From the NCBI GenBank assembly GCA_963515835.1, contig CAUPZK010000003.1:21253-85252 (forward strand): 64,000 bases of DNA. Direction: 5' to 3'. The stretch's first letter is position 1, and each line of letters begins with the position of its first letter. The notes beneath the pieces were generated by a model. The model saw nothing but the letters and a program-made list of their open reading frames with translations, was not told the origin of the DNA and did no database searches. Source of the DNA: an uncultured Aggregatibacter sp. Its GTDB lineage: Bacteria > Pseudomonadota > Gammaproteobacteria > Enterobacterales > Pasteurellaceae. A program made the position numbers and the translations under genes. Below, piece by piece: positions 32,392 through 43,116 of the stretch.

Positions 32392-33657
32392 TTAATAGAA
32401 AATAGTTGTTAAGAGGTAATAAATAATAATGGCGAAGAACGCACCGGCCGGTAGCGTAACTACCCAAGAAACAACAATATTACGAATAACGTTTAAGTTA
32501 ATGGCAGCAATACCGCGCGCAAAACCAATACCTAATACCGCACCAACAAGGGTTTGCGTAGTGGAAATCGGCAATCCGGTACCGGAGGCGATAACCACGG
32601 TGGTTGCTGTTGCAAACTGGGCGGCAAAACCACGGCTTGGGGTGAGATCCGTAATGCCGGTGCCGATGGTTGCCATCACTTTGTAACCCATAACAATTAA
32701 ACCGACAACAATCCCAGCGGCGCCTAAAGGCAGAATCCACCAAGCAAGGGGAACGTTGTTAACAATTTGACCGCCACTTTCAATAATGGCAACAACCGCA
32801 GAAAGTGGGCCAATTGCATTAGCTACATCGTTTGAACCATGGGCAAATGCCATAGCACAAGCAGTCATCAACATCAGAATACTAAAGACCTTTTCTACGC
32901 CTCCGAAGGAGCCGCTTTCCAACATTTTGTATTTAAATTTGATGCTACGGAAATAAAAGTGGCTGTAAATAATAGAAATAATGCCGATAGCAAAAGAAAT
33001 CAGTAAGTTCTCTGTGCTACTTAAATTCAGTCCAATATGTTTTAACCCTTTGTTTAAGGTCACGATACACAAAATAAAAATAGTGATACCCATGTAATAA
33101 GGACCGTATTTTTGTGCATTTTTGAAAGGACTTTCTGTATCGAAAATGAGTTTTTGTGTGCTGATAAAAATAGCGTAAGCGAGTAAACCGGCAAGTAATG
33201 GGGTGATAAACCAACTACCTACAATATTTTTAATGTTGCTCCAGTCGACGGAGTGCGGTCCTGCAGTCACGCAAGCAAAACCGATGATTGCTCCGATGAT
33301 AGAGTGGGTTGTGGATACCGGCCAGCCCATGCGGGAAGCAATTAATAACCACGCGCCTGAAGCGAATAAAGCCGCCATCATACCGAAGACCAATACTTCC
33401 GGTTCGCCAACAAATTGCATAGTATCGATAATGCCGCTTTTGATGGTTTCGGTGACTTCGCCTCCGGCAAGATAAGCACCTGCCGCTTCAAAAATCATTG
33501 CAATAATAATGGCTTGTTTCGCTGTGATTGTTCCTGAGCCAACGGATGTTCCCATTGCATTTGAAACATCGTTGGCTCCTACGCCAAAGGCCATGAAAAA
33601 GCCAAAAACGGCTGTAATAAAAATCAATAATGCGCCGTATTGATGAAGTAGTTCCAT
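32392..33657 (-). CDS. pit: Inorganic phosphate transporter (PiT family)
   Basis: GANDVSNAMG, PVSTTH, HGSNDVANAIGP, PISTTQ. Confidence 0.95.
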   Translation of the reverse strand: MELLHQYGALLIFITAVFGFFMAFGVGANDVSNAMGTSVGSGTITAKQAIIIAMIFEAAGAYLAGGEVTETIKSGIIDTMQFVGEPEVLVFGMMAALFASGAWLLIASRMGWPVSTTHSIIGAIIGFACVTAGPHSVDWSNIKNIVGSWFITPLLAGLLAYAIFISTQKLIFDTESPFKNAQKYGPYYMGITIFILCIVTLNKGLKHIGLNLSSTENLLISFAIGIISIIYSHFYFRSIKFKYKMLESGSFGGVEKVFSILMLMTACAMAFAHGSNDVANAIGPLSAVVAIIESGGQIVNNVPLAWWILPLGAAGIVVGLIVMGYKVMATIGTGITDLTPSRGFAAQFATATTVVIASGTGLPISTTQTLVGAVLGIGFARGIAAINLNVIRNIVVSWVVTLPAGAFFAIIIYYLLTTIFY

Positions 33658-33682
33658 TGAAAAATACCTAAGTAAATGGAAA

Positions 33683-34363
33683 TTATGAGCGAGCCAGCAT
33701 TAATTCAATGCGTGAGCCGACTCGTTGTGCTTGGTCGGCAAGCACGCCAACCCATTCAATAATTTTATATAAGAACATGACATCGATGGGGTTGTAACGA
33801 CCTTCAACCTCATAAAGCATTTTTCTTAATTTGATTTGCATTTGATCGGTATCATCTTCAATGATATCCAACTCGTTAATCATTTGATTAACAAAGTTTA
33901 ATTCACGACCTTTGAAACCGGTTTCTAATAATTGATCCATTTCTTCGATCACTTTATGGGCTTGTTCGGTGGCGTCTAAGCTGCGTCTTACATAGCTCAT
34001 AAATTCATCATGCATTTCCGGTGGAATGCCAAATTGGCGTCCAACCATACGGCCGGCAATGTCTTTTGCGTAATTTGCTAATTTATCTTGTTGAGTAACC
34101 AATTCTAATAAATCGGTACGCTCAATCGGCATGAATAAACCGCGTGGTAATTTCAAACGAATTTCACGTTTTAATGCGTCGGCTTGACGCTCATGAGCGG
34201 AAATATCTAAACGGAATTGTTCAGCGGCATTCCAGTCTTCACGGAAGATCGCTTCAAAGAAAGGAACCAATAATTCACAGCATTCAGTGACTTTATTGGA
34301 GTGTTTTTGTAACGGCTTTAAAGGGGAGTGGGCAAATAATCCAAGGATGTTATTCATTGCCAT
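33683..34363 (-). CDS. DUF47 / TIGR00153 PhoU-like phosphate transport regulator
   Basis: ERQADALKREIR, QQDKLAN; directly upstream of pit. Confidence 0.9.
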   Translation of the reverse strand: MAMNNILGLFAHSPLKPLQKHSNKVTECCELLVPFFEAIFREDWNAAEQFRLDISAHERQADALKREIRLKLPRGLFMPIERTDLLELVTQQDKLANYAKDIAGRMVGRQFGIPPEMHDEFMSYVRRSLDATEQAHKVIEEMDQLLETGFKGRELNFVNQMINELDIIEDDTDQMQIKLRKMLYEVEGRYNPIDVMFLYKIIEWVGVLADQAQRVGSRIELMLARS

Positions 34364-34521
34364 GAAAATGACTCCTAATTAAGGTTAATAATTTACGCGC
34401 ATATTACCTGATGTAAATGAAAAATTCACGATTTTAATCGAAAAAAGCAGGCTTTTATTGGATAATAAAATCCATGAATTCAGAGTAAATACAAAACTTT
34501 ATGATCTTAAAGGATTTTATC

Positions 34522-35595
34522 ATGGTAAACGAAATCGAATTAAAATTAGTGGTCGGTGATATTCATGAGGAACAGCTCAATACCTTACTACATCATTTTC
34601 ATGTTATCGAGCAGCAAGAAGCCTTTTTAACCAATACCTATTACGACACTGCCGATAACTATTTCACTCAACAGAAGATGGGCTTGCGTGTGCGTCAGCA
34701 AGATGACCATTACACCTTGACTTTAAAAACCGATGGCAAAGTATCCGCTGGGTTGCATGTGCGTCCGGAATATAATGTGGAATTACCGACATCAGAACCT
34801 AATTTAGCGGCTTTAATTCGTCAGCATGGGCTTGTATTAGAAAATATTGAAGAGCCCTTAAAGCCGATTTTTAGCACTGACTTTATGCGCCAAACATGGC
34901 TGGTTCAATATATGCCCGATTGCCAAATTGAAGTGGCATTTGATCAAGGAAATGTTATTGCCGGTGACAAACAACAGCCTATTCGCGAAATTGAGTTTGA
35001 GGTGAAGTCAGGTGAATTAGAACCATTTTTTGCCTTTGTTGCTGATTTCTTAACCCATTATGCGGGCAAGGTACATTTTTATTCCATCAGTAAAGCAAAA
35101 CGCGGATATCAATTAGCCCAAAATAAAACGACGAAAGCCAGTGATTGGATTGAGCAATGGCGCGGCTTTTTGTATTCAGAGAAACGGATGCAAAAAACAG
35201 CAGAAAAATTGACCGCACTTTTAGCTTATGAGCAGTCTTTAGTAGAAGAAACACTGGCTTTAGGGGCTAATTTCTTTGCGGCAGATTTTATTAAAACCGT
35301 AGAACGCGTAGGCGCTTTTTTCAATTTATATCATTATTACGAAGATAATAAATCTTTGCTAGAAGCAGCATTAAATGAACAACAGACGGCGAATCAACAT
35401 TATGCACAAGAAAATGTATTGAACGATTTAGCCGACGCGAATGCGGATGTTTTGGCGAAACTACATGACGTTATTCGTTTGCACAGTGAGACGAAAGATA
35501 ATGCGTTGGCAATGAATAAATTGCTCGACCTTATTCAAACGCCGCAGTATGCACAACGCATGCTTTACTTGATTACATTAACGATCGGTGGATAA
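34522..35595 (+). CDS. ygiF: CYTH-domain inorganic triphosphatase (YgiF-like)
   Basis: EIELK, NTYYDT, LRVR, EIEFEVK, SKAKRGY. Confidence 0.88.
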   Translation: MVNEIELKLVVGDIHEEQLNTLLHHFHVIEQQEAFLTNTYYDTADNYFTQQKMGLRVRQQDDHYTLTLKTDGKVSAGLHVRPEYNVELPTSEPNLAALIRQHGLVLENIEEPLKPIFSTDFMRQTWLVQYMPDCQIEVAFDQGNVIAGDKQQPIREIEFEVKSGELEPFFAFVADFLTHYAGKVHFYSISKAKRGYQLAQNKTTKASDWIEQWRGFLYSEKRMQKTAEKLTALLAYEQSLVEETLALGANFFAADFIKTVERVGAFFNLYHYYEDNKSLLEAALNEQQTANQHYAQENVLNDLADANADVLAKLHDVIRLHSETKDNALAMNKLLDLIQTPQYAQRMLYLITLTIGG

Positions 35596-35599
35596 CCCT

Positions 35600-36973
35600 A
35601 TGGCGAAAACAAAAACAGCTTATGTTTGTAACGATTGCGGTGCGGAATATTCCCGTTGGCAAGGGCAGTGTGGTGCATGTAAAGCTTGGAATACCATCAC
35701 CGAAGTGCGGTTGGTTTCTACGCCAAGTAATAAAGCGGATCGATTTAGTGGCTATGCCGGAGAGACTCGCGCCAAAATTCAAACGTTAAGTGAAATTAGC
35801 CTACAGGAAACTCCGCGTTTTAGCAGTGGTTTTTATGAACTGGATCGCGTGCTGGGCGGCGGGGTCGTGCCGGGCAGTGCCATTCTGATTGGCGGCCATC
35901 CGGGCGCAGGGAAAAGTACGTTATTGTTGCAGGTGATGTGTCATTTGTCGCAAAAAATGACCGCACTTTATGTGACCGGCGAGGAATCTTTGCAACAAGT
36001 CGCCATGCGTGCCAAACGCCTCGGTTTACCACCGGAAAAATTGAATATGTTGTCGGAAACTTCGGTAGAACAGATTTGTAATTTGGCGGATCAATTAAAA
36101 CCGCAAATTATCGTGATCGACTCTATTCAGGTTATGCATTTGGCGGATATTCAATCATCACCGGGCAGTGTGGCACAGGTGCGTGAATGTGCTTCTTTTT
36201 TAACGCGTTATGCAAAAACTCGACAAGTGGCAATCATCATGGTGGGGCATGTCACTAAAGACGGCACCCTTGCCGGACCGAAGGTATTAGAGCATGCCAT
36301 TGACTGTTCCTTATTATTGGAAGGCGAAACCGATTCCCGCTACCGCACCTTGCGTAGCCACAAAAACCGCTTTGGTGCCGTGAATGAGTTGGGCGTATTC
36401 GCCATGACGGAACAAGGTTTGCGTGAAGTGAAAAACCCATCGGCGATCTTTTTAAGTCGGGGTGATGAACAAACGCCAGGTAGCTCCGTGATGGTGCTAT
36501 GGGAAGGTACACGCCCGTTGTTGGTAGAAATTCAAGCACTGGTGGATCATTCGATGCTCGCTAATCCACGTCGTGTTGCCGTGGGGTTGGAGCAAAACCG
36601 TCTTGCTTTATTGCTGGCGGTGTTGCATCGTCACGGAGGATTGCAAATGGCGGATCAAGATGTGTTTGTGAACGTGGTTGGCGGTGTTAAAGTGACCGAA
36701 ACCAGTGCCGATTTGGCGTTGCTTCTGGCGCTGATTTCCAGCTTTCGTAATCGTCCGTTACCGCAAGATCTTGTGGTGTTTGGCGAAGTGGGATTGGCGG
36801 GTGAAATTCGCCCTGTGCCAAGTGGGCAGGAACGTATTAGTGAGGCCGCAAAACACGGTTTTAAACGTGCGATTGTCCCGTTCGGGAATAAGCCAAAACA
36901 TGCGGTGGAAAACATGCAAGTGTTTACTGTGAAGAAACTTGTTGATGCACTGGGAATCTTAGATTCGCTTTAA
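35600..36973 (+). CDS. radA: DNA repair protein RadA/Sms
   Basis: C4 zinc finger, GHPGAGKST, KNRFG, Lon-like C-terminus. Confidence 0.98.
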   Translation: MAKTKTAYVCNDCGAEYSRWQGQCGACKAWNTITEVRLVSTPSNKADRFSGYAGETRAKIQTLSEISLQETPRFSSGFYELDRVLGGGVVPGSAILIGGHPGAGKSTLLLQVMCHLSQKMTALYVTGEESLQQVAMRAKRLGLPPEKLNMLSETSVEQICNLADQLKPQIIVIDSIQVMHLADIQSSPGSVAQVRECASFLTRYAKTRQVAIIMVGHVTKDGTLAGPKVLEHAIDCSLLLEGETDSRYRTLRSHKNRFGAVNELGVFAMTEQGLREVKNPSAIFLSRGDEQTPGSSVMVLWEGTRPLLVEIQALVDHSMLANPRRVAVGLEQNRLALLLAVLHRHGGLQMADQDVFVNVVGGVKVTETSADLALLLALISSFRNRPLPQDLVVFGEVGLAGEIRPVPSGQERISEAAKHGFKRAIVPFGNKPKHAVENMQVFTVKKLVDALGILDSL

Positions 36974-37020
36974 AAAATGACCGCACTTTTGAAAATGCGG
37001 ATGAATAAAAACGATAGATA

Positions 37021-37052
37021 AAAAAATAGCCCTTTTGAGAAGGGCTATTTTT
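37021..37052. terminator. Bidirectional terminator between radA and csp
   Basis: AAAAAATAGCCCTT...AAGGGCTATTTTT. Confidence 0.85.
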
Positions 37053-37067
37053 ATGTAGAAATGTTTC

Positions 37068-37277
37068 TTAAATCACTTCAACGTCAACGGCTGTCGGACC
37101 GCGTTGGGAATCTTGCACGTTAAAAGCAACACGGTCGCCTTCGTTTAACGTACGGAAATTATTGCCCACGATGCCGGAGAAGTGTACGAAAACATCTTTA
37201 GAACCATCTTCAGGTGCGATAAAACCGAAACCTTTTGCGGAATTGAACCATTTTACGGTGCCGTTTAATTTAGACAT
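37068..37277 (-). CDS. Cold-shock protein (CspA family)
   Basis: GTVKWFN, KGFGFI, DVFVHFS; paralog identity not resolvable. Confidence 0.96.
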   Translation of the reverse strand: MSKLNGTVKWFNSAKGFGFIAPEDGSKDVFVHFSGIVGNNFRTLNEGDRVAFNVQDSQRGPTAVDVEVI

Positions 37278-37651
37278 GTTGTCTTCCTTATTTTAAATAA
37301 TGAAATGGTGTGCTTATGTTCAGCACGAATTGCTAGCGATTTAACTTAAATAGAGATGGGTAAATTGAATCTTCAAAGCACAAATTCAAAACTTGAATGA
37401 GGAAGAACCGAAATAACTAACTTACTGAAGTGATTGTCTAGCGTGGGGCTCATTAGAACACGCGAAAGAAATGAAAACAATCTCTTTTTGTTCAGATCTG
37501 CGTTGCTCTTTGATTGAATACAAAATAGGGTTAAACAAATTAAATTTTGTACTCAATGAATATTGGAGAGCTTTCTACTTTCTTACTGCAATATTGGGCC
37601 AAATAGGCTAGAATTAATCACTATTTTCTCTCATTCATACGAACGTCGCAC

Positions 37652-38131
37652 ATGGAAAAGAAATTAACAAAAGCTTTAGATGCCATTGATATAAAAATAC
37701 TCAATGAATTACAACGCAACGGTAAAATTTCCAACATTGATTTGTCGAAAAAAGTAGGGTTATCTCCAACACCTTGTTTAGAACGTGTAAAACGTTTGGA
37801 AAGACAAGGGGTGATTATGGGATATCGCGCCTTACTGAATCCGGAATTATTGGATTCGCCATTGTTGGTGATTGTGGAAATTACTTTAGTGCGCGGTAAA
37901 CCTGATGTGTTTGAGGAATTTAATTTAGCGGTACAACAGTTGGATGAAATTCAAGAATGCCATTTGGTTTCCGGTGATTTCGATTATTTGTTGAAAACCC
38001 GAGTGGCGGATATGGCGGCATACCGTAAATTGCTCGGCACCACTTTGCTACGGTTACCCGGCGTGAATGATACCCGTACTTATGTAGTGATGGAAGAAGT
38101 CAAACAAACTAATTTTTTACAGTTGAAATAG
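37652..38131 (+). CDS. lrp: Leucine-responsive regulatory protein
   Basis: VGLSPTPCLERVKRLE, ECHLVSGDFDYLLK. Confidence 0.97.
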   Translation: MEKKLTKALDAIDIKILNELQRNGKISNIDLSKKVGLSPTPCLERVKRLERQGVIMGYRALLNPELLDSPLLVIVEITLVRGKPDVFEEFNLAVQQLDEIQECHLVSGDFDYLLKTRVADMAAYRKLLGTTLLRLPGVNDTRTYVVMEEVKQTNFLQLK

Positions 38132-38148
38132 AGATAAAGTCGTAACGC

Positions 38149-40860
38149 ATGATTAAACGTATTACCGAACATTTTTCCCCGAAAGATTATTTATTAAATT
38201 TGTTGCTAGGTATGACCGCACTTTTCGGATTTTATCTGATCATTGCTTGGTTGGGATACACGCCGCTGGATAATTCTTGGGCGACCTCCAGTTTTTCGTC
38301 GGATACCATCAACAAAGCCGGCGCATTCGGGGCATGGTTTGTGGATTTATTTTTTGTACTTTTCGGTTATGTAGGGAATGTTATTCCGTTTATGTTGTGT
38401 TTTATTCCGACATATTTAATTCGTACTAAACGGGTAACTTCGCTGACATGGACGAAATTTAGCTTGCGGACATTTGGCTTTATTTTATTGCTTTGCGGAT
38501 TGACAGTCATTTGTACATTGTCCTTTAACAACACGGCAAATTATTTGTCCGGTGGCGTGTTAGGCGGTTGGCTCACTTTAACGTTCTATGAAGCCGCCGG
38601 AAAATTCGGGTTGCTTGTCTTCGCAGGGATTTTTGCCCTCGCGGGATTTATTTTGTGTTCCGGGGCTTCGTTTATCCGATTGTTGGTTCGTTTTTATCAA
38701 TGGTTAACCATGCAAACGCCGCCAGCAGAAGAAACGCAACCGCAATCGAATGAAAATGTTTCCGCTGAAGCAAAAGAAGAAATTATTTTGGTATCCCAAG
38801 AAAGCCTAATGACGCAGGCAAAAGCTTTGTCCGAAGAAAATTCAGCAGAAACAGACACAGAATCAAATCATCAGCTTCACATCACCGGACTCTCTGAAGA
38901 AATGACATCAGTGTCTTCTGACAGTATGACGATTACTCCGGAAAAAGAGACTGATACTGCTGATGCGTTTATTTCTTATGATTTTGAGCAGCAAGAGGTA
39001 TTACCCAATGTGACCATTGCCACACCGACACCTCAGTCGGCGTTTGCTGCTACTTCACTTACTCAAACGTCTTTATCATCAGTACAAGCGCATGTGGAAC
39101 CGGCGATTGAACCTCAAAGTGCGGTGGATTTTTCCCATGATTTTTCAGAACAGGAAATGATGCCGACGGTGTCTTTATCGGTGCCACATGAGAATACGCA
39201 TGTGGAGACGCCACAATCTGCTCAAATTCATCATGAAACAACGGTGGTTGCGCCATCAGTGAGCAAAACTGAAGACGCTGAATCAACAATGCCTCAGATC
39301 ACGCCACAATATAAGCCTTATGGCGATTCTCTTGTTCATCCGGCATTCCAGCAGAATAAAGCTAACGTTGAAAAGCCGACCACACCATTGCCGAGCTTGG
39401 ATTTATTAGATCGGCACCAAAGCAAAGCCCAAAATATTACTCAAGAAGAAATTGTGGAAACTTCGCAACGTATTGAACAACAGCTACGCAATTTCAATGT
39501 GAAGGCAAAAGTGAAAGATGTGTTGGTTGGGCCGGTGGTGACTCGTTATGAACTGGAGTTGGATCCGGGGGTCAAAGCGGCCAAAGTCACTGCCTTAGAT
39601 ACAGACTTAGCTCGTGCTTTGATGTTCCGCGCTATTCGTGTGGCAGAAGTGATTCCCGGCAAGCCTTATATTGGTATTGAAACGCCGAATGATCATCGCC
39701 AAATGGTGCCGCTTCGCGATGTACTCGACAGCGATGAATTCCGCAATGCCAAAGCCTTGCTTTCCATGGCATTAGGTAAAGATATTAGTGGTAAACCCAT
39801 GATTGTGGATCTCGCAAAAATGCCGCATTTATTGGTGGCGGGAACGACAGGTTCCGGGAAATCCGTTGGCGTGAATACGATGATTTTAAGCTTGCTTTAT
39901 CGCGTAAAACCGGAAGAAGTGAAGTTCATCATGATTGACCCGAAAGTGGTGGAATTATCCGTCTATAATGACATTCCTCACTTATTAACGGAAGTCGTTA
40001 CGGACATGAAAAAAGCCGCTAATGCGTTGCGTTGGTGTGTGGATGAAATGGAGCGCCGCTATCAATTATTGTCTGCTTTACGGGTGCGTAACATTGAAGG
40101 TTTCAATGAGAAAATCGATGAGTATGATGCATTAAAAATGCCGATTCCAAACCCATTATGGCGTCCGGGTGATTCTATGGATCAGCTTCCGCCTCCGTTA
40201 GAGAAGCTGAGTTATATTGTAGTCGTTGTGGATGAATTTGCCGATTTAATGATGGTTGCCGGCAAACAGGTGGAAGAACTGATTGCGCGTTTGGCGCAAA
40301 AAGCCCGTGCAGTAGGGATTCACTTGATTTTGGCAACACAACGCCCTTCTGTGGATGTCATTACCGGTTTAATCAAAGCCAATGTGCCGAGCCGTATTGC
40401 TTTCACCGTGGCAACGAAAATTGACTCACGTACGATTCTCGATGCAGGTGGTGCGGAATCTTTGCTGGGCAAGGGCGATATGTTGTATTCACCGCAAGGC
40501 TCTACCGAATTAATCCGTATTCACGGTGCCTTTATGACTGATGATGAAGTTAGCCGTGTCGCAGACGATTGGAGAGCGCGTGGTAAACCGAATTATATTG
40601 AAGGCATTTTAGACGGCAATGAAGACGAAGATGCCTTAGAACGCTTAGGGGATAATTCGGGCGAGACCGATGAGTTGTTTGATGAAGTGGTCGAGTTTGT
40701 TGTCAGCACGGGCACAACTTCCATTTCTGCGATTCAACGCCGTTTCCGCGTGGGCTTTAACCGTGCAGCGAATATTATGGATCAACTGGAAGAACAGGGG
40801 ATCGTCTCGCCATTGCAAAATGGCAAGCGTGAGATTTTGGCGCGCGGGGCGGATTATTAG
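38149..40860 (+). CDS. ftsK: DNA translocase FtsK
   Basis: N-terminal TM domain, linker, AGTTGSGKS, DEFADLM, ATQRPS, gamma domain. Confidence 0.97.
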   Translation: MIKRITEHFSPKDYLLNLLLGMTALFGFYLIIAWLGYTPLDNSWATSSFSSDTINKAGAFGAWFVDLFFVLFGYVGNVIPFMLCFIPTYLIRTKRVTSLTWTKFSLRTFGFILLLCGLTVICTLSFNNTANYLSGGVLGGWLTLTFYEAAGKFGLLVFAGIFALAGFILCSGASFIRLLVRFYQWLTMQTPPAEETQPQSNENVSAEAKEEIILVSQESLMTQAKALSEENSAETDTESNHQLHITGLSEEMTSVSSDSMTITPEKETDTADAFISYDFEQQEVLPNVTIATPTPQSAFAATSLTQTSLSSVQAHVEPAIEPQSAVDFSHDFSEQEMMPTVSLSVPHENTHVETPQSAQIHHETTVVAPSVSKTEDAESTMPQITPQYKPYGDSLVHPAFQQNKANVEKPTTPLPSLDLLDRHQSKAQNITQEEIVETSQRIEQQLRNFNVKAKVKDVLVGPVVTRYELELDPGVKAAKVTALDTDLARALMFRAIRVAEVIPGKPYIGIETPNDHRQMVPLRDVLDSDEFRNAKALLSMALGKDISGKPMIVDLAKMPHLLVAGTTGSGKSVGVNTMILSLLYRVKPEEVKFIMIDPKVVELSVYNDIPHLLTEVVTDMKKAANALRWCVDEMERRYQLLSALRVRNIEGFNEKIDEYDALKMPIPNPLWRPGDSMDQLPPPLEKLSYIVVVVDEFADLMMVAGKQVEELIARLAQKARAVGIHLILATQRPSVDVITGLIKANVPSRIAFTVATKIDSRTILDAGGAESLLGKGDMLYSPQGSTELIRIHGAFMTDDEVSRVADDWRARGKPNYIEGILDGNEDEDALERLGDNSGETDELFDEVVEFVVSTGTTSISAIQRRFRVGFNRAANIMDQLEEQGIVSPLQNGKREILARGADY

Positions 40861-40968
40861 AATGAATCTCTCCTTTTGAGGTTAAATGGTCACTTTATTT
40901 TTGGCCGTTTACCGGTGCATAGACTGAAGCGGCTAAAGGTAATCGGTTTAAACAAGGAATTGAATAAC

Positions 40969-41586
40969 ATGAAAAAAACGTTTCAAAAACTCACCGCACT
41001 TTCTCTTTTGACAATGGCGTCTCTTGCTTGGGCAAATGCTGATATTGAGTTACAGAATCGCTTAAATAAAGTGGATACGTTAAGTGCAGATTTTGCACAA
41101 ACGGTGAGTTCGGCAAATGGTAAAAATGTGCAACAAGGCAATGGAAAATTACAAATTAAGCGTCCGAATTTGTTCCGTATGGACACTAAATCACCACAAG
41201 AAACCCAAATTATTGCCGATGGACAAACCCTTTGGTTCTATGATCCGTTTGTGGAACAAGTGACGGCCAATTGGGTAAAAGAGGCGGTAAATAATACGCC
41301 GTTCGTGTTGCTCACCAGCAATGAAAAAAGTCATTGGGCGCAATATTCGGTAGAACAAAAAGATGACACTTTCGTGTTAAAACCGAAAGCCAAAAACAGC
41401 AATATTAAGCAATTTGATATTCGTATCGATCAAAACGGTGTATTAAAAGGGTTTAGTACCATTGAAAAAGACGGGCAGTCTAATCAATATATTTTGCGCA
41501 ATATTACCAACCAACATCTAGATAGCGGTTTGTTTAAATTTAGCGTCCCTAAAGGCGTAGAATTGGACGACCAACGTAAAAAATAA
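40969..41586 (+). CDS. lolA: Periplasmic lipoprotein carrier LolA
   Basis: Signal peptide, [20 protein letters not shown] end. Confidence 0.96.
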   Translation: MKKTFQKLTALSLLTMASLAWANADIELQNRLNKVDTLSADFAQTVSSANGKNVQQGNGKLQIKRPNLFRMDTKSPQETQIIADGQTLWFYDPFVEQVTANWVKEAVNNTPFVLLTSNEKSHWAQYSVEQKDDTFVLKPKAKNSNIKQFDIRIDQNGVLKGFSTIEKDGQSNQYILRNITNQHLDSGLFKFSVPKGVELDDQRKK

Positions 41587-41597
41587 GCAATTGAACC

Positions 41598-42938
41598 ATG
41601 TCTAACTTTAGCTTTGATTTCAACGAAAATGACTTTCGCCCTTTAGCGGCCAGAATGCGCCCAACTACTTTGGCACAATATTGTGGCCAGTCTCATTTGT
41701 TGGGCGAAGGTAAACCGTTGCGCAAAGCGATTGAGGCAGGCTATGTTCATTCCATGATTTTCTGGGGGCCACCCGGCACCGGCAAAACCACCTTGGCGGA
41801 AATTATTGCGCAACGTATTCAAGCGGAAGTGGAGCGTATTTCTGCTGTCACCAGCGGCATTAAAGAAATTCGTGAAGCCATTGAAAAAGCGAAACAAAAT
41901 AAATTGGCGGGGCTGCGTACCATTTTGTTTGTGGATGAAGTGCATCGTTTCAATAAAAGCCAGCAAGATGCCTTTCTGCCGCATATCGAAGACGGCACCA
42001 TTATTTTTATTGGTGCGACCACAGAAAATCCTTCCTTTGAATTAAATAACGCGCTGCTTTCCCGTGCACGAGTTTATATTCTCAAACCGCTTTCCACGCA
42101 GGAAATTGAGCATGTGTTGCAACAAGCGATCAACGATCCGAAAAACGGCTTGGGCAAAGTGCGGTTAGATTTGCAAGCGAATTTATTGTCGCTTTTGGCA
42201 GAATATGTCAATGGTGATGCGCGCCTTGCATTGAACTGCTTGGAAATGATGGTGGACATGGCCGCCGAATCCGAAAACGGTAAAATTTTAGACCGCACTT
42301 TACTTACAGAAGTGCTGGGGGAGCGTCAAGCGCGCTTCGACAAACAAGGCGATCGTTTTTATGATTTCATTTCTGCACTGCATAAATCTATTCGCGGCTC
42401 TGCACCGGATGCGGCGCTCTATTGGTATGCTCGGATTATCACGGCTGGCGGCGATCCCCTTTATGTGGCACGCCGTTTGTTGGCGATTGCCTCGGAAGAT
42501 GTGGGCAATGCTGACCCGCGCGCAATGCAAGTCGCTCTTTCCGCCTGGGATTGTTTTACCCGCGTTGGCGCAGCTGAAGGCGAACGCGCTATTGCGCAAG
42601 CTATCGTGTATTTAGCCGTTGCACCAAAAAGTAATGCAGTTTACCTCGCCTTCAAAGCCGCGAAAAAATTGGCGATGGAATCGGCTGATTTTGATGTGCC
42701 GGAACACCTACGAAACGCCCCAACCAATCTCATGAAAGATTTGGGCTTCGGTGCCGAATACCGCTATGCCCATGATGAACCTCATGCCTACGCCGCCGGT
42801 GAAAACTACTTCCCACCAGAACTTAAAAACACGCAATTTTATTTTCCGACCACAAGAGGCATGGAAATTAAGATGAAAGAGAAGCTGGACTGGTTAAAGG
42901 GATTAGATCAGGCGAGCCAAAAGAAACGGTATAAGTAA
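41598..42938 (+). CDS. rarA: Replication-associated recombination protein A
   Basis: [34 protein letters not shown]. Confidence 0.97.
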   Translation: MSNFSFDFNENDFRPLAARMRPTTLAQYCGQSHLLGEGKPLRKAIEAGYVHSMIFWGPPGTGKTTLAEIIAQRIQAEVERISAVTSGIKEIREAIEKAKQNKLAGLRTILFVDEVHRFNKSQQDAFLPHIEDGTIIFIGATTENPSFELNNALLSRARVYILKPLSTQEIEHVLQQAINDPKNGLGKVRLDLQANLLSLLAEYVNGDARLALNCLEMMVDMAAESENGKILDRTLLTEVLGERQARFDKQGDRFYDFISALHKSIRGSAPDAALYWYARIITAGGDPLYVARRLLAIASEDVGNADPRAMQVALSAWDCFTRVGAAEGERAIAQAIVYLAVAPKSNAVYLAFKAAKKLAMESADFDVPEHLRNAPTNLMKDLGFGAEYRYAHDEPHAYAAGENYFPPELKNTQFYFPTTRGMEIKMKEKLDWLKGLDQASQKKRYK

Positions 42939-43059
42939 AGACAGTTTTCTTACTTGTGTCATAACATTGCGAGTCACCCATGCCGTTCCGATAGTATTAT
43001 GTTGAAACCTGATAAAAGTGCGGTTGATTTTAGCGTTATTTTGGGATTTGAAAACACAT

Positions 43060-43092
43060 AAAAAAGGCTACTTCATGAGAAGTAGCCTTTTT
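43060..43092. terminator. Bidirectional terminator between rarA and dcuB
   Basis: AAAAAAGGCTACTTC-atga-GAAGTAGCCTTTTT. Confidence 0.88.
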
Positions 43093-43116
43093 ATTTGAGA
43101 TTAAGTCTAATCTAAA

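Noticed and set aside
37278..37651. Long csp-lrp intergenic region as a possible sRNA
   Set aside because: Explained by a long csp 5' UTR and divergent promoters; no independent terminator seen
38700..39330. Low-complexity S/T/E/P/Q region in ftsK
   Set aside because: Normal variable FtsK linker
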